A stretch of 11,824 nucleotides of DNA, taken from NCBI GenBank assembly GCA_964549075.1, contig CAZJUB010000078.1, forward strand, positions 390-12,213, in the 5' to 3' direction. The translations under genes were made by a program, and so were the position numbers. Shown piece after piece: positions 1-10,032 of the stretch. The notes beneath the pieces were generated by a model. The model was not told the origin of the DNA. It was given only the letters and a program-made list of their open reading frames with translations, and searched no databases. The first letter of the stretch is position 1, and each line of letters starts with the position of its first letter. Source of the DNA: an uncultured archaeon (GTDB taxonomy: Archaea; Asgardarchaeota; Heimdallarchaeia; Heimdallarchaeales; Heimdallarchaeaceae).

Positions 1-240
<240 letters not shown>

Positions 241-377
241 TTATGCTTAAAAGATTATTAAAAAACTGATTTTAAGCTAGAAAGACCGACAATTGCACAG
301 GATTCCGACAAAATTACTTGAATTAGGATAAAGAGATTTGAGAAGATTTTTAAGATTAAGAGTACTGTTTTTGATAG

Positions 378-782
<405 letters not shown>

Positions 783-794
783 GAGGTAGAAAAA

Positions 795-1292
795 ATGACT
801 AAAGCAGTGGTAATATACAATTCAAAAGGTGGAAACACAAAGAGAGTAGCAGAAAAAATAGCGGAAGGATTGGAATCAGAAATCTATGATAATAAGAACA
901 TACCAGATTTGAGCGGATATGATTTGGTAGCTGTTGGATCTTGGATGATGATGGGAATGATCAGTTTTCCCGGTTCAAAATACCTGAAAAAATTAAGAAA
1001 AAAGGGTATTGAAGGAAAGAGAGTAGCAATGTTCTATACAGGTGGAGGACCGGAAGAAGTACATTGGAAAACAGAAAAAACAGACAACCCAAAAAAATTA
1101 CATACAATAATGTTCGAGAAGATGGAAGCAATATTAACGAAAAAGACTAATGTAACGATTCTAAAAGAAAGGTATTACTGTAAGGGAGCTATAAGAATGA
1201 GGGGAGAAGTAACAGCAAATGAGGGTTGTCCAACAGACGAAGATTTAGAAAGAGCAAAAGAATTTGGAATACAATTGAAAAGTTTGCTCTAA
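795..1292 (+). CDS. Flavodoxin-like fold protein
   Basis: N-terminal FMN phosphate loop VIYNSKGGNTKRVAEKIA, YDLVAVGS, KRVAMFYT and C-terminal PTDEDLERAKEFG. SD-like GAGGT at 783-787. It starts 12 bp after yccF, so an operon is likely. Confidence 0.85.
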   Translation: MTKAVVIYNSKGGNTKRVAEKIAEGLESEIYDNKNIPDLSGYDLVAVGSWMMMGMISFPGSKYLKKLRKKGIEGKRVAMFYTGGGPEEVHWKTEKTDNPKKLHTIMFEKMEAILTKKTNVTILKERYYCKGAIRMRGEVTANEGCPTDEDLERAKEFGIQLKSLL

Positions 1293-1296
1293 TCTA

Positions 1297-1307
1297 ATTT
1301 TCTTTTT
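1297..1307 (+). terminator. Oligo-T archaeal-type terminator candidate for yccF-flavodoxin
   Basis: T-rich run (TTTTCTTTTT) immediately after the stop codon at 1292, in a convergent intergenic region. Confidence 0.35.
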
Positions 1308-1338
1308 AATATAACTTGAAAAAAATTCTTGTAAACGT

Positions 1339-1344
1339 AAAAAA
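1339..1344 (-). terminator. U6 tract ending the permuted 5S precursor
   Basis: The minus strand has UUUUUU directly after the 3' strand of the terminal stem (plus strand A run at 1339-1344). Confidence 0.5.
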
Positions 1345-1541
<197 letters not shown>

Positions 1542-1543
1542 CT

Positions 1544-1575
<32 letters not shown>

Positions 1576-1602
1576 CGAGACTGTGTAATAATTGCATTAA
1601 TT

Positions 1603-1617
1603 CGAAATATTTAAATT
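1603..1617 (+). promoter_or_regulatory. Candidate BRE/TATA promoter for tRNA-Ser
   Basis: CGAAA followed by TATTTAAAT, about 40 bp upstream of the mature tRNA 5' end, which allows a short leader. Confidence 0.45.
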
Positions 1618-1653
1618 AAAAATTTGTAGGGGAGTAGATAGAACTGATTCTCT

Positions 1654-1738
1654 GCCACGATACTCAAGCCTGGTATGAGGATAGATTGCTAATCTATTGT
1701 CGATAGACTCCGGGGTTCAAATCCCCGTCGTGGCTCCA
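1654..1738 (+). tRNA. trnS: tRNA-Ser(GCT), type II with variable arm, CCA encoded
   Basis: Acceptor stem GCCACGA/TCGTGGC; D arm CTC-AAGCCTGGTAT-GAG; anticodon arm ATAGA-TTGCTAA-TCTAT (anticodon GCT at 1688-1690); variable arm GTC-GATA-GAC; T arm CGGGG-TTCAAAT-CCCCG; discriminator T1735, then CCA. Confidence 0.95.
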
Positions 1739-1749
1739 AATCTTATTTT
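1703..1749 (+). repeat. attL-like 47-bp direct repeat (3' part of tRNA-Ser plus trailer)
   Basis: ATAGACTCCGGGGTTCAAATCCCCGTCGTGGCTCCAAATCTTATTTT is identical to 11674-11720. Confidence 0.95.
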
Positions 1750-1944
1750 TACTCTTCAAAAATCCTATCCTTTTTCTTTTGTCTAATGTTCCTAAATTCT
1801 CCAAAATCATTTTGCCATCATTTCAAAATTTATGGTAAAATTTCTTAAAAATTCTACAATTCCCAAGAAAATAAGATATGCTTAAAAACTCTTGTAGATA
1901 TTTTTTGATTAACTAGCTCTGGTTTACATTCCAATTGTAGAGAA

Positions 1945-2301
1945 GTGGAGATTATGTCTTGTTGGTCAATAGAGAATGGTGTTTTAGATGTACTAGAACA
2001 AAAAGCTGCATTACAGATCCTTGTTAGATTATTTGAGAGGAAAAAATCTTGTAATGTCACAGCTTTGATGAGAAGCATAACTACTGGCTCTAGAGCATTC
2101 TATACTGCTTTAAACAAATTAGTAGATGCAAATCTTGTTAAAAGCATTCAAAAGTATAAAAATCAAGAAAGAAAACTAGAACTTACTAGTTTAGGGAAAG
2201 AAGTTTCAATTAAAGTTCTTGAGATAGAAGTTCTTCTTGAAAACAATAAAAAAAATAACAAAGACATAAATAAATGGAAACCGTACAAATCTTATCCATA
2301 A
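1945..2301 (+). CDS. Winged helix-turn-helix transcription regulator (MarR/HxlR/ArsR-like)
   Basis: LDVLEQKAALQILVRL, a helix-turn-helix ending in ALNKLVDANLVKS, and a wing ERKLELTSLGKEV (LTxxG motif). The true start may be the ATG at 1954. Confidence 0.75.
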   Translation: MEIMSCWSIENGVLDVLEQKAALQILVRLFERKKSCNVTALMRSITTGSRAFYTALNKLVDANLVKSIQKYKNQERKLELTSLGKEVSIKVLEIEVLLENNKKNNKDINKWKPYKSYP

Positions 2302-2325
2302 TTAAAAATCTGTGAGATATTTAGC

Positions 2326-5004
2326 ATGTCATCAATAATCCTCGTTTGGAGATATATTAAAGGGATGCGAAGGAAGTTGTTGTTGACATTTGTTTCAGTT
2401 ATTGTTTCTTATTTAATAGTGCAAGGGATTTTTCTTTTCACTTTTAGTTACCAACAAACAGAAGTTCAAAGAGCTATAAATTCTATTGGGGGAGATATAA
2501 TCATAGGATTTGACACAACTAATCCATCTTATGAATACATCAATTTAGTACTAGATAGTCTGGAAAATTATAGTTCATCTGTCAACCAAGATATTGTTGA
2601 ATGGGATGGTGTTTTTGTATATTCATATGATTCAGATGGACATAAATTGTTTCTTGCGGATAATACTCTATGTAATGTACTAGCAGATGAAGTGATTTCA
2701 ACTGAGGAAGTACTTATAACTAAACCTTTTGCAATAAGCGTTAATACTTCCGAAGGTTCTGATTTAAATTTGTATGGTATGAACTTTACTGTTTCCTATC
2801 TTGATTATAGTCAATATTCCAGAGTTACAAGTTTTACTGATTCTACGGTAAAAGCTCTTTTTAACATAGATGTTCTCAGAAACACTTCATTCACCCCATA
2901 TCAATTTTTCGAGTTTTATTATATTGCAAAATATGATTTCTCTTTACTTAATGATTATCGTCCATCTGTTGTTAAAGAAACAACTCAGGAATTTGATTCT
3001 ATAATAACCACAAATCTTGATACTCTGTCTGGTGTTAGTTCAGGAATTGGAAGAATAACGAAACTATTTGATAAGCTATCGATAATTGAAGAAGAAACCA
3101 GAGAAAAATTGGTTCTTTATTTTCTCTACTCATTGCCTATTTTAGCAGTTTGTTTGTATTTCTATTCATTAACATTGAAATCAACAAAAAAATGGTGGCA
3201 ACAAGATCTGCTTCAACTGTGGCAAAAAGGATTTTCCAGGAAACAAACATTTGCTCTTCTCTTACAGATTTTTATTATATTTGATTTGGTTTTATTCTTC
3301 CTGTTTTTAGCACTGTTTGTTGCAGAATCTTCAATATTAGGTTTGTTGGTTTCAGCAGAATACTGGTTATTAATTGGTTTTTATGCTCTTCTGTTTATTC
3401 TATCTTTTCTCTTCCAAATTAGAACGACATATTTATTCTGTTTTCCACAAACAGAAAAAACCTCTATTGTGAGTTCTGAACAAGATGATTTTCAGGAAGT
3501 GATTAAATACACAAACACATCACCAAAAGTAAGGAAAAAATATCTAATTATTTGTGGAGTTTTTCTAATAATCGGTGTGTTATTACTCAACTTTGATAAA
3601 ATAATATTTTGGTTGCATAATAATTTTCATATAGATTCTTTTTTTATACTCATTACTTATTTGGGTGATAGACCTTTTCCTACTTATACCGATTTTTTTT
3701 ATAGAGTTTCTGGTCTCGTTATTGTGCTAATCTCTAGTGTTATTATCGTTCTTCTACTTTTAACAAAGTTTTTTCAATTAAGCAATAAAATTCTTGTCGA
3801 ACGAGGGAAAAATAAGGAAGAAAGAAAGATTTCTTTAAAGATATTTAGAAGAAGTATATTTAATCATAAAACGATTGGATTTTTAATTTTCTTTCTCTTC
3901 TTTAGCACATGTTTAACATGGATATTTATCAGTTCAGTTTTAGTTGAACAACAGGATAACAGTATTGCTGATTTAGCTCTAAATCCTAAATCACTCAAAT
4001 CTTTTGGACTTGATATAGCTGACATTAATAATTTAACAACAAGACCAGAAATAGAGCTATTTACAGTCATTTATAGATTTAATGGTTTTTTGAAAACAAA
4101 TGAAGGGACGCTACAACTAAAAATATTAGTAATAGATCCAGCAACATTTCCTCTTTTCTTAAAAAGCAGGTTTGATACCAGCCTTTTTGAATTTCATTCT
4201 TCAAAAAATGTTTTTCAAACTATGTTGCAACAATCTAATTCATCTATTATAGATTTTGAGAGTTATATGAGTTCTTCATTGTTTTTGAATGAACAAGTAA
4301 CTATTGTTCCTTTTATAGAAGAACAAAGTTATTTCCTAGATATGTCAATATATGATGTTTCTAAATATGATATTGCAGATCCTAGAGGAAGGCTAGATCC
4401 TTATGTTGCAATATCTATTCAAGCTTTTAATTTCAGCTTAAACATAACAACAGCAAGTACAATTTATCTTAAATTTAAAGATAAAAATCAAATTTCTAGT
4501 TACAAAGAAATGTTGTATGATGATTATGGAATAACTAGCATAAGTTCAGCAGCATCTACCTCTACATCTGCAAACTTTGAAAACTACCTATTTTTCCTAC
4601 AGAGCGTATCTTTTCTTGTGATTTTCTTAATTAGCATCCCGTTAATTATTGACATATTCTCTTCAAACCTTCAATCACTTGCTAAATTATATTCAAGGGG
4701 TTATTCTTTTAACAGAATCATAAACCGTATCTCATCAAATCTGTTGCTATTTTGGAATACTTATGCTCTTGTTGGGTGTTTATCTGCGGTTTCTGTACTA
4801 GCTTTTCTAAAATTGACAATTCCTACGCTCTATCCTGGGCAATATTATTCCATTCATTTCGAAGCTGCGCCATTAATCCTATTAACCAGCACTTACTTAT
4901 TCTTTCTACTCATACAAGTAGCAATTTCAGTAGTTTTAATGAGAGTGTCCTTTTATAGAAATAAGATTCTAGGTCAGGTGATTCTTTCAGACGGAGAAAA
5001 ATAA
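2326..5004 (+). CDS. Large FtsX/MacB-type ABC transporter permease (two extracellular-loop plus FtsX modules)
   Basis: N-terminal basic amphipathic helix plus TM (WRYIKGMRRKLLLTFVSV), a large extracytoplasmic loop, and TM clusters followed by FtsX-type motifs LWQKGFSRKQ and LYSRGYSFNRI. It lies upstream of an ABC ATPase. Confidence 0.75.
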   Translation: MSSIILVWRYIKGMRRKLLLTFVSVIVSYLIVQGIFLFTFSYQQTEVQRAINSIGGDIIIGFDTTNPSYEYINLVLDSLENYSSSVNQDIVEWDGVFVYSYDSDGHKLFLADNTLCNVLADEVISTEEVLITKPFAISVNTSEGSDLNLYGMNFTVSYLDYSQYSRVTSFTDSTVKALFNIDVLRNTSFTPYQFFEFYYIAKYDFSLLNDYRPSVVKETTQEFDSIITTNLDTLSGVSSGIGRITKLFDKLSIIEEETREKLVLYFLYSLPILAVCLYFYSLTLKSTKKWWQQDLLQLWQKGFSRKQTFALLLQIFIIFDLVLFFLFLALFVAESSILGLLVSAEYWLLIGFYALLFILSFLFQIRTTYLFCFPQTEKTSIVSSEQDDFQEVIKYTNTSPKVRKKYLIICGVFLIIGVLLLNFDKIIFWLHNNFHIDSFFILITYLGDRPFPTYTDFFYRVSGLVIVLISSVIIVLLLLTKFFQLSNKILVERGKNKEERKISLKIFRRSIFNHKTIGFLIFFLFFSTCLTWIFISSVLVEQQDNSIADLALNPKSLKSFGLDIADINNLTTRPEIELFTVIYRFNGFLKTNEGTLQLKILVIDPATFPLFLKSRFDTSLFEFHSSKNVFQTMLQQSNSSIIDFESYMSSSLFLNEQVTIVPFIEEQSYFLDMSIYDVSKYDIADPRGRLDPYVAISIQAFNFSLNITTASTIYLKFKDKNQISSYKEMLYDDYGITSISSAASTSTSANFENYLFFLQSVSFLVIFLISIPLIIDIFSSNLQSLAKLYSRGYSFNRIINRISSNLLLFWNTYALVGCLSAVSVLAFLKLTIPTLYPGQYYSIHFEAAPLILLTSTYLFFLLIQVAISVVLMRVSFYRNKILGQVILSDGEK

Positions 5005-5009
5005 CTGAG

Positions 5010-7742
5010 ATGAAGGTCATGTTAACAGTCAATTTTATCAAGAAAAACAAGCGGTTTGTTCTTAGTCAAATTCCACAACTAATTATTCTTGTTTTTCTCC
5101 TTTTTTTTGCATTGATAGTAGGTGCAAGCAACAAAGATAGACTTCTAGCTTTTGCATTAGAAGTAAGTGAGAATGATATTACTGGACGTATTATTATCAG
5201 TCAAAATATGCAAATATCTGCTGTAACTCAATGGGAAAACAAACTACTTGATAATAATCAAACAATTGTTCGGATTTTCCAAAGCGGATTTGTCGTTCCA
5301 ATCACTCGAATAAACTCAAGTCTCCTATTAAATACGACAAGCATTTCTTCTTCTATTCAATTAATATTTACTGACAATATTTTCAATATCCCCTTAAATG
5401 AAGCTTTTATCTATGGTCCGATTTTTAGTAATAATAATATCTCTGAAGGGATAAGACTTAACATTACAAGTGTCTATTCTTTTGATGAAGATTTTTATTC
5501 AAACAGTTTGTTTGTAAACATTAGTAAAGAAGTCTATAAAGTGCCTAATTTTATTGAAGATTCATATTTATGGAATTCTTTTGCTAATTTAATTTTTCTA
5601 AATCGTACAGCTCTTCCCAATTATTTGTCAACTTTTCCTCTAGCTGAAATAGAATTTCCTATTTCTTATTCTTTCAGTTGTCTTTTTACTACAGAATACA
5701 AAAATTCATTTGAGATTGAGCAAAAACTTAATACATTTCTTCTCTCTTCACAAGAACATCTTAATACTACTTTTATAGATAATGATCTAGAACCTGTTAT
5801 TATTGAATGGGATACAAGTAGTTTCCTAAATCGCATTGAAAATCTTTCATTGACAATAAAAGCAGATCTTACATTTTACGGATTAACTACATTACCTTTG
5901 TTTCTTTTATTAATCGTTGTAATCTATCAATCCAAGGATTTATCTTTTAATTATTTCAAAGGTATGATTATAAAATTGGATGAAAAAGGATTCTCCAGAC
6001 AAAAAATTAATCGGCTTTTTATCAGAATTTTCTTTATATTTAATTGTTGTTTAGCGTTGGTCGGATTATTATTGGTTGTAGTTTTATCATTCATTTTTTC
6101 CTTCTATTCCTTTAGAATCATGTTTCTTTCATTAATCCTACTTTCGGTGTGGATCACAATATGTATTATTTTTCAAATACTAGCTTTCAGTTCTGAACTA
6201 AAAAAATATTATAGCACAAGTTTGAATCCTTTAGAACCTCTCACCCAGAGAAAACAATGGAAACATGACCTTATTTCTTTTGTTTTTAAAGGAGCAATTT
6301 TCAGCATTATTTGTGCAGCTCTTTATCTTCTCTATCTGCTCTATAATTTCAATCAATTGACTGTTACCCTAATTTACATTGGTTGTATCCTCTTAGCTCT
6401 TGTTCTCTTTCATTCTTCGTTAGAAAGTTTACTTGGTCATTTCATTTCCCTTTTCTCGAATTTTCTCGTTGTGTTCATAGGAAAGAGGATTTTCAAAGGA
6501 ATAGAAACCATACTCCAAAAGTTATACAAAGGAAAGCGAAGTATCAAAAGTTTCGAATATACTTCTTTACTTATATTATTTATATTAGCTCCTTCAGTAT
6601 TGATAGTGTCAGATAGTTACAAGTATCATATTTTGAATCAACAATATGCTTTGTTCTGCGGAGATATGGTGATTGAAAATGCCACTTATGAAGTTTATTC
6701 ATATTTGCAAGGAAATTTTTCTCAGGAGCAACTTCTTCCAATAATTGAGTGGAATACAACAGAAGGCATAACATTCTTCTTTAGCTATCCTAACCAGTAT
6801 GCAGAATTTACGGAGCACATACAAAAAGAAGGCGGACCATATATTAAAACAGATAGAACATATATAACAAGTCTGAATGAAATCAGCCAAAATCAGTCAA
6901 GAATCTTGGTTTCAAAGAAGTTGAATGATACACAAACTCTGTCGATAAATGAATCATTAGTTTTTCATCCTCCTTCAGATGAGTTCATTACTTACCCAGC
7001 TAATATCACTCAGGTTAATTATACGATTTCTTCTGTCATCAATTTCTTACCTTACATAAGTTCTAAATGTGATCTCTGGGTTTTTGGAACTTTGGAACTC
7101 AACCAAACAGAAACTACTCTAGATTTTCTAAAGAAAGATGCTGATTCAGAAACTTCTATTATATTTAATCAAAGTTTTATCTCTACTGTTAGTATAAAAT
7201 TAAATGGAACTGAGTCTCCAGATCAAATCAAAACAGAGCTATCCAGTTTATTTCCGTTTTTGAATATTCTCTTTTTAGGAGATAAAGAAGTTATTAACCA
7301 ACAATATCCTGTTCCTTTTGAAAGGTTTCAACAAATGATCATCTTGGAATTAATCATCGCTTTCTTATTATTACAGCTTTTTTACTTACAACTGATTAAT
7401 AGTATATACCATCAGAGAGAACTTTCCATCCTACAATTATTCACAAAAGGAATTCCTAGAAAATATTTATTTTTAGGATTTAGTCTTTCCTTAACAGCTA
7501 ATATTTTTGTTATTTCACTCTTAAGTATTCCATTTATGTTTCTTTTATCTTTAGGGATTCTAAAACTTATCACAATCACAGGAATCATAAGTAATGTCTC
7601 AGTTGTTTTTTCATATCAATCTATTTCAATTTTTGTAAGTTTTATGTTCTTAACTATCTTTCTTGATGTGGTTTTCGTTTATAGAAAATTACACACAACT
7701 TTAAAAAATATAGAAAAATACCTAGGTGAAGTAAATGAGTAA
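5010..7742 (+). CDS. Second large FtsX/MacB-type ABC transporter permease
   Basis: Same topology as the upstream ORF, with motifs LDEKGFSRQKI and QRELSILQLFTKGIPRKYL (typical FtsX RExxxLxxxG motif). It starts 5 bp after the previous stop and overlaps the ATPase start. Confidence 0.75.
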   Translation: MKVMLTVNFIKKNKRFVLSQIPQLIILVFLLFFALIVGASNKDRLLAFALEVSENDITGRIIISQNMQISAVTQWENKLLDNNQTIVRIFQSGFVVPITRINSSLLLNTTSISSSIQLIFTDNIFNIPLNEAFIYGPIFSNNNISEGIRLNITSVYSFDEDFYSNSLFVNISKEVYKVPNFIEDSYLWNSFANLIFLNRTALPNYLSTFPLAEIEFPISYSFSCLFTTEYKNSFEIEQKLNTFLLSSQEHLNTTFIDNDLEPVIIEWDTSSFLNRIENLSLTIKADLTFYGLTTLPLFLLLIVVIYQSKDLSFNYFKGMIIKLDEKGFSRQKINRLFIRIFFIFNCCLALVGLLLVVVLSFIFSFYSFRIMFLSLILLSVWITICIIFQILAFSSELKKYYSTSLNPLEPLTQRKQWKHDLISFVFKGAIFSIICAALYLLYLLYNFNQLTVTLIYIGCILLALVLFHSSLESLLGHFISLFSNFLVVFIGKRIFKGIETILQKLYKGKRSIKSFEYTSLLILFILAPSVLIVSDSYKYHILNQQYALFCGDMVIENATYEVYSYLQGNFSQEQLLPIIEWNTTEGITFFFSYPNQYAEFTEHIQKEGGPYIKTDRTYITSLNEISQNQSRILVSKKLNDTQTLSINESLVFHPPSDEFITYPANITQVNYTISSVINFLPYISSKCDLWVFGTLELNQTETTLDFLKKDADSETSIIFNQSFISTVSIKLNGTESPDQIKTELSSLFPFLNILFLGDKEVINQQYPVPFERFQQMIILELIIAFLLLQLFYLQLINSIYHQRELSILQLFTKGIPRKYLFLGFSLSLTANIFVISLLSIPFMFLLSLGILKLITITGIISNVSVVFSYQSISIFVSFMFLTIFLDVVFVYRKLHTTLKNIEKYLGEVNE

Positions 7743-8409
7743 AGTAAAAAAAATAATTATTGAAGATCTAATTCATATCTATAAAGGACCTGTTGAAACT
7801 GTAGCTCTTCGCGGAGTTGATCTTGTCATCAATAAGGGTGAACGTATTTGTCTTGTAGGTAAAAGTGGTACCGGAAAAAGTACTCTTCTTCATTGCCTAG
7901 CAGGTTTACTTATCCCTTCTTCTGGCAAGATCTTCATCGACAATGAAGACATTACCAAATACTCAGTGAATGAGTTGGTAACTTTACGAAGAGATAAAAT
8001 AGGTCTAGTTTATCAAAGTTTCAATCTCATAGACTTTTTAACAGTGAATGAAAATATCCAAATTCCAATGTTAGCTGCTAATAAACCGAAAAAAGAAAGA
8101 GACAATAGGGTTAATGAACTATTAAAGGAGTTTGACATTGAGCGCTATAAAAAGAGTTATCCTCCTTTTTTAAGTGGTGGAGAAAAACAACGCGTAGCAG
8201 TAGCAGTTGCATTAGCCAACAATCCTGAAATTATCCTTGCAGATGAACCAACAGGTAATCTAGATATTGAAAATGCTACTAAGATTTATACTCTTTTAGA
8301 ATCTCTTGCAGTTGACCATCAGATTACCCTTATTCTAGCTACACATGACTCTAATGCTCTAAAATATGTTAAAAGAAAAATAGATATGGCAGATTTGAAT
8401 TCAAATTAA
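7735..8409 (+). CDS. ABC transporter ATP-binding protein (LolD/MacB/FtsE-like)
   Basis: Walker [11 protein letters not shown]-loop GLVYQSFNL, signature [12 protein letters not shown], Walker B and D-loop [13 protein letters not shown]-switch ATHD. SD-like GGTGA upstream. Confidence 0.95.
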   Translation: MSKVKKIIIEDLIHIYKGPVETVALRGVDLVINKGERICLVGKSGTGKSTLLHCLAGLLIPSSGKIFIDNEDITKYSVNELVTLRRDKIGLVYQSFNLIDFLTVNENIQIPMLAANKPKKERDNRVNELLKEFDIERYKKSYPPFLSGGEKQRVAVAVALANNPEIILADEPTGNLDIENATKIYTLLESLAVDHQITLILATHDSNALKYVKRKIDMADLNSN

Positions 8410-8555
8410 GGTTGAAAGCATGTGTAATCAGTAATGAAGATAAATTATATTCAACTAAGTCAAGTGTTTTAATAAATAATAGTAAAATTTTATTTAAACT
8501 AGATATCTAAACTTTAAAAATAAAAAATTAAAAAGATAGATATAATCAATCTTTA

Positions 8556-9881
8556 CTAATGTTCATATCTCTGAGGATTTAATTGTATAGATACAAAATC
8601 TACAGAGAACCAATAATCTCCCCATTCGTTGTCAGGTCGGGAAACTTGCCAATAAATTGAACCATCATTTCCATCCTCAGCTAATTCACCTAGAGCACCT
8701 ATTACTTCTTCTTTATTTTGGTGATTTGAATAAGGATCAAAATAGAAGTAGAAAATGTGCATCAAGTCATCACCACTTGGACCATTTGGAGGATCTTTAT
8801 CGTATAGTTTTATACATCTCCGTTGATTATTTGTTGATATTACATTTCCCAAACTATCTTTTCTCCACCATCCAGAAGAGGAATCATCTTTAGAATTTCC
8901 ATAGGAATGAGAATACTCATCTTCTTCCCAGTACTCCCCATCAGTATAATCATAATTGGTATAATCTTCCAAATGTACTATTTCAGAGGTATTATATTGT
9001 CCTGGAATCATCCGCTCTAGTTCAAAATATAGTTCTCCCGTACCTTCTGCACCAATCGTTCCGGTATATAGATGCTTGAATGAAATATCAAGTTCAACAC
9101 TATTCCATAAGACTTTGAAATTTAGAATATCACTATCTATGAAATTCTCACCTGTTGCAGGATTCTTATATCTATTTGTAAATTTTACTTCAAATGAAGT
9201 GTAACAAACATCTTCATAATCTACATTTGCTAGAGCTGCATCTGTCAAATCTTTATATTCTATCCAGAAGTAATCTACAGTATGCTGAGTTGCATCTTCA
9301 TAACTTGTGTTTAGATACCTGCATTCTTCCCACTGAGATGTTGAAGGATTCTCAATATACATAGTTATATTATCTGATTTCCATACTTTCAAGGTTACAT
9401 TATGGTCTACATCATCAAAATCCAGAAATTGATTCTGGGCAGGAGAGTCAATAGTTACTTCCCATGCTGCAACTTCATAATGTTCCTCAAATGTCCATTC
9501 ATCATCATCAAAATTACATCTGACTCTAATTATGAAGGTGATATTCCCAATAGGGAGGTTTTCTGCTTCCTCTTCATCATCAATTGTCACTTGACCTTGG
9601 TAGGGATATATAGGATTTGACCATGTTGTTCCACTGTCTTTTGAATATTGGACATATTCGAAATGTGGAAAAGTCGTACGCAATCCTGTAACTACTGCAT
9701 CATAGTAAACTGTATCTCGGTAAACAAAATAAGGATCATCTGTACTTAGAGGGTTATAGATTACACATGAAGGTTCTGCAGAGACAGGTACACTAATGAA
9801 TATTATCCCCAATAATGTTAGAACAGAACATAGAATGACTTTTAGTTGTGCTCCAGTTTTTTTCTTCATATTTAACACCAA
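8556..9881 (-). CDS. Secreted acidic hypothetical protein (beta-rich; probable start at ATG 9869)
   Basis: Signal-peptide-like N-terminus MKKK...ILCSVLTLLGIIFISVPVSA-EP and a D/E/Y/W-rich mature region. It has one Asp-box-like motif (SKDSGTTW) and no C-terminal anchor. Confidence 0.75.
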   Translation of the reverse strand: MVLNMKKKTGAQLKVILCSVLTLLGIIFISVPVSAEPSCVIYNPLSTDDPYFVYRDTVYYDAVVTGLRTTFPHFEYVQYSKDSGTTWSNPIYPYQGQVTIDDEEEAENLPIGNITFIIRVRCNFDDDEWTFEEHYEVAAWEVTIDSPAQNQFLDFDDVDHNVTLKVWKSDNITMYIENPSTSQWEECRYLNTSYEDATQHTVDYFWIEYKDLTDAALANVDYEDVCYTSFEVKFTNRYKNPATGENFIDSDILNFKVLWNSVELDISFKHLYTGTIGAEGTGELYFELERMIPGQYNTSEIVHLEDYTNYDYTDGEYWEEDEYSHSYGNSKDDSSSGWWRKDSLGNVISTNNQRRCIKLYDKDPPNGPSGDDLMHIFYFYFDPYSNHQNKEEVIGALGELAEDGNDGSIYWQVSRPDNEWGDYWFSVDFVSIQLNPQRYEH

Positions 9882-10032
9882 ATTTATTTGAATCTTTTGT
9901 CACATTAATTCTAGAAATATCTAATATAAATATGTTATTGTTTTTTAATTCGTTTTTCGTTTTTCGAAACCAAAAACGGCATGTGGGTCTGAGGTTGCCA
10001 ATTGTTGATGTTTTGTCGAAGTATTCATATAT

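Noticed and set aside
8490-8515. dif-like Xer site around the TAGATATCTA palindrome
   Set aside because: Only one arm resembles archaeal dif and there is no 11-6-11 arrangement. It is more likely AT-rich convergent terminator sequence.
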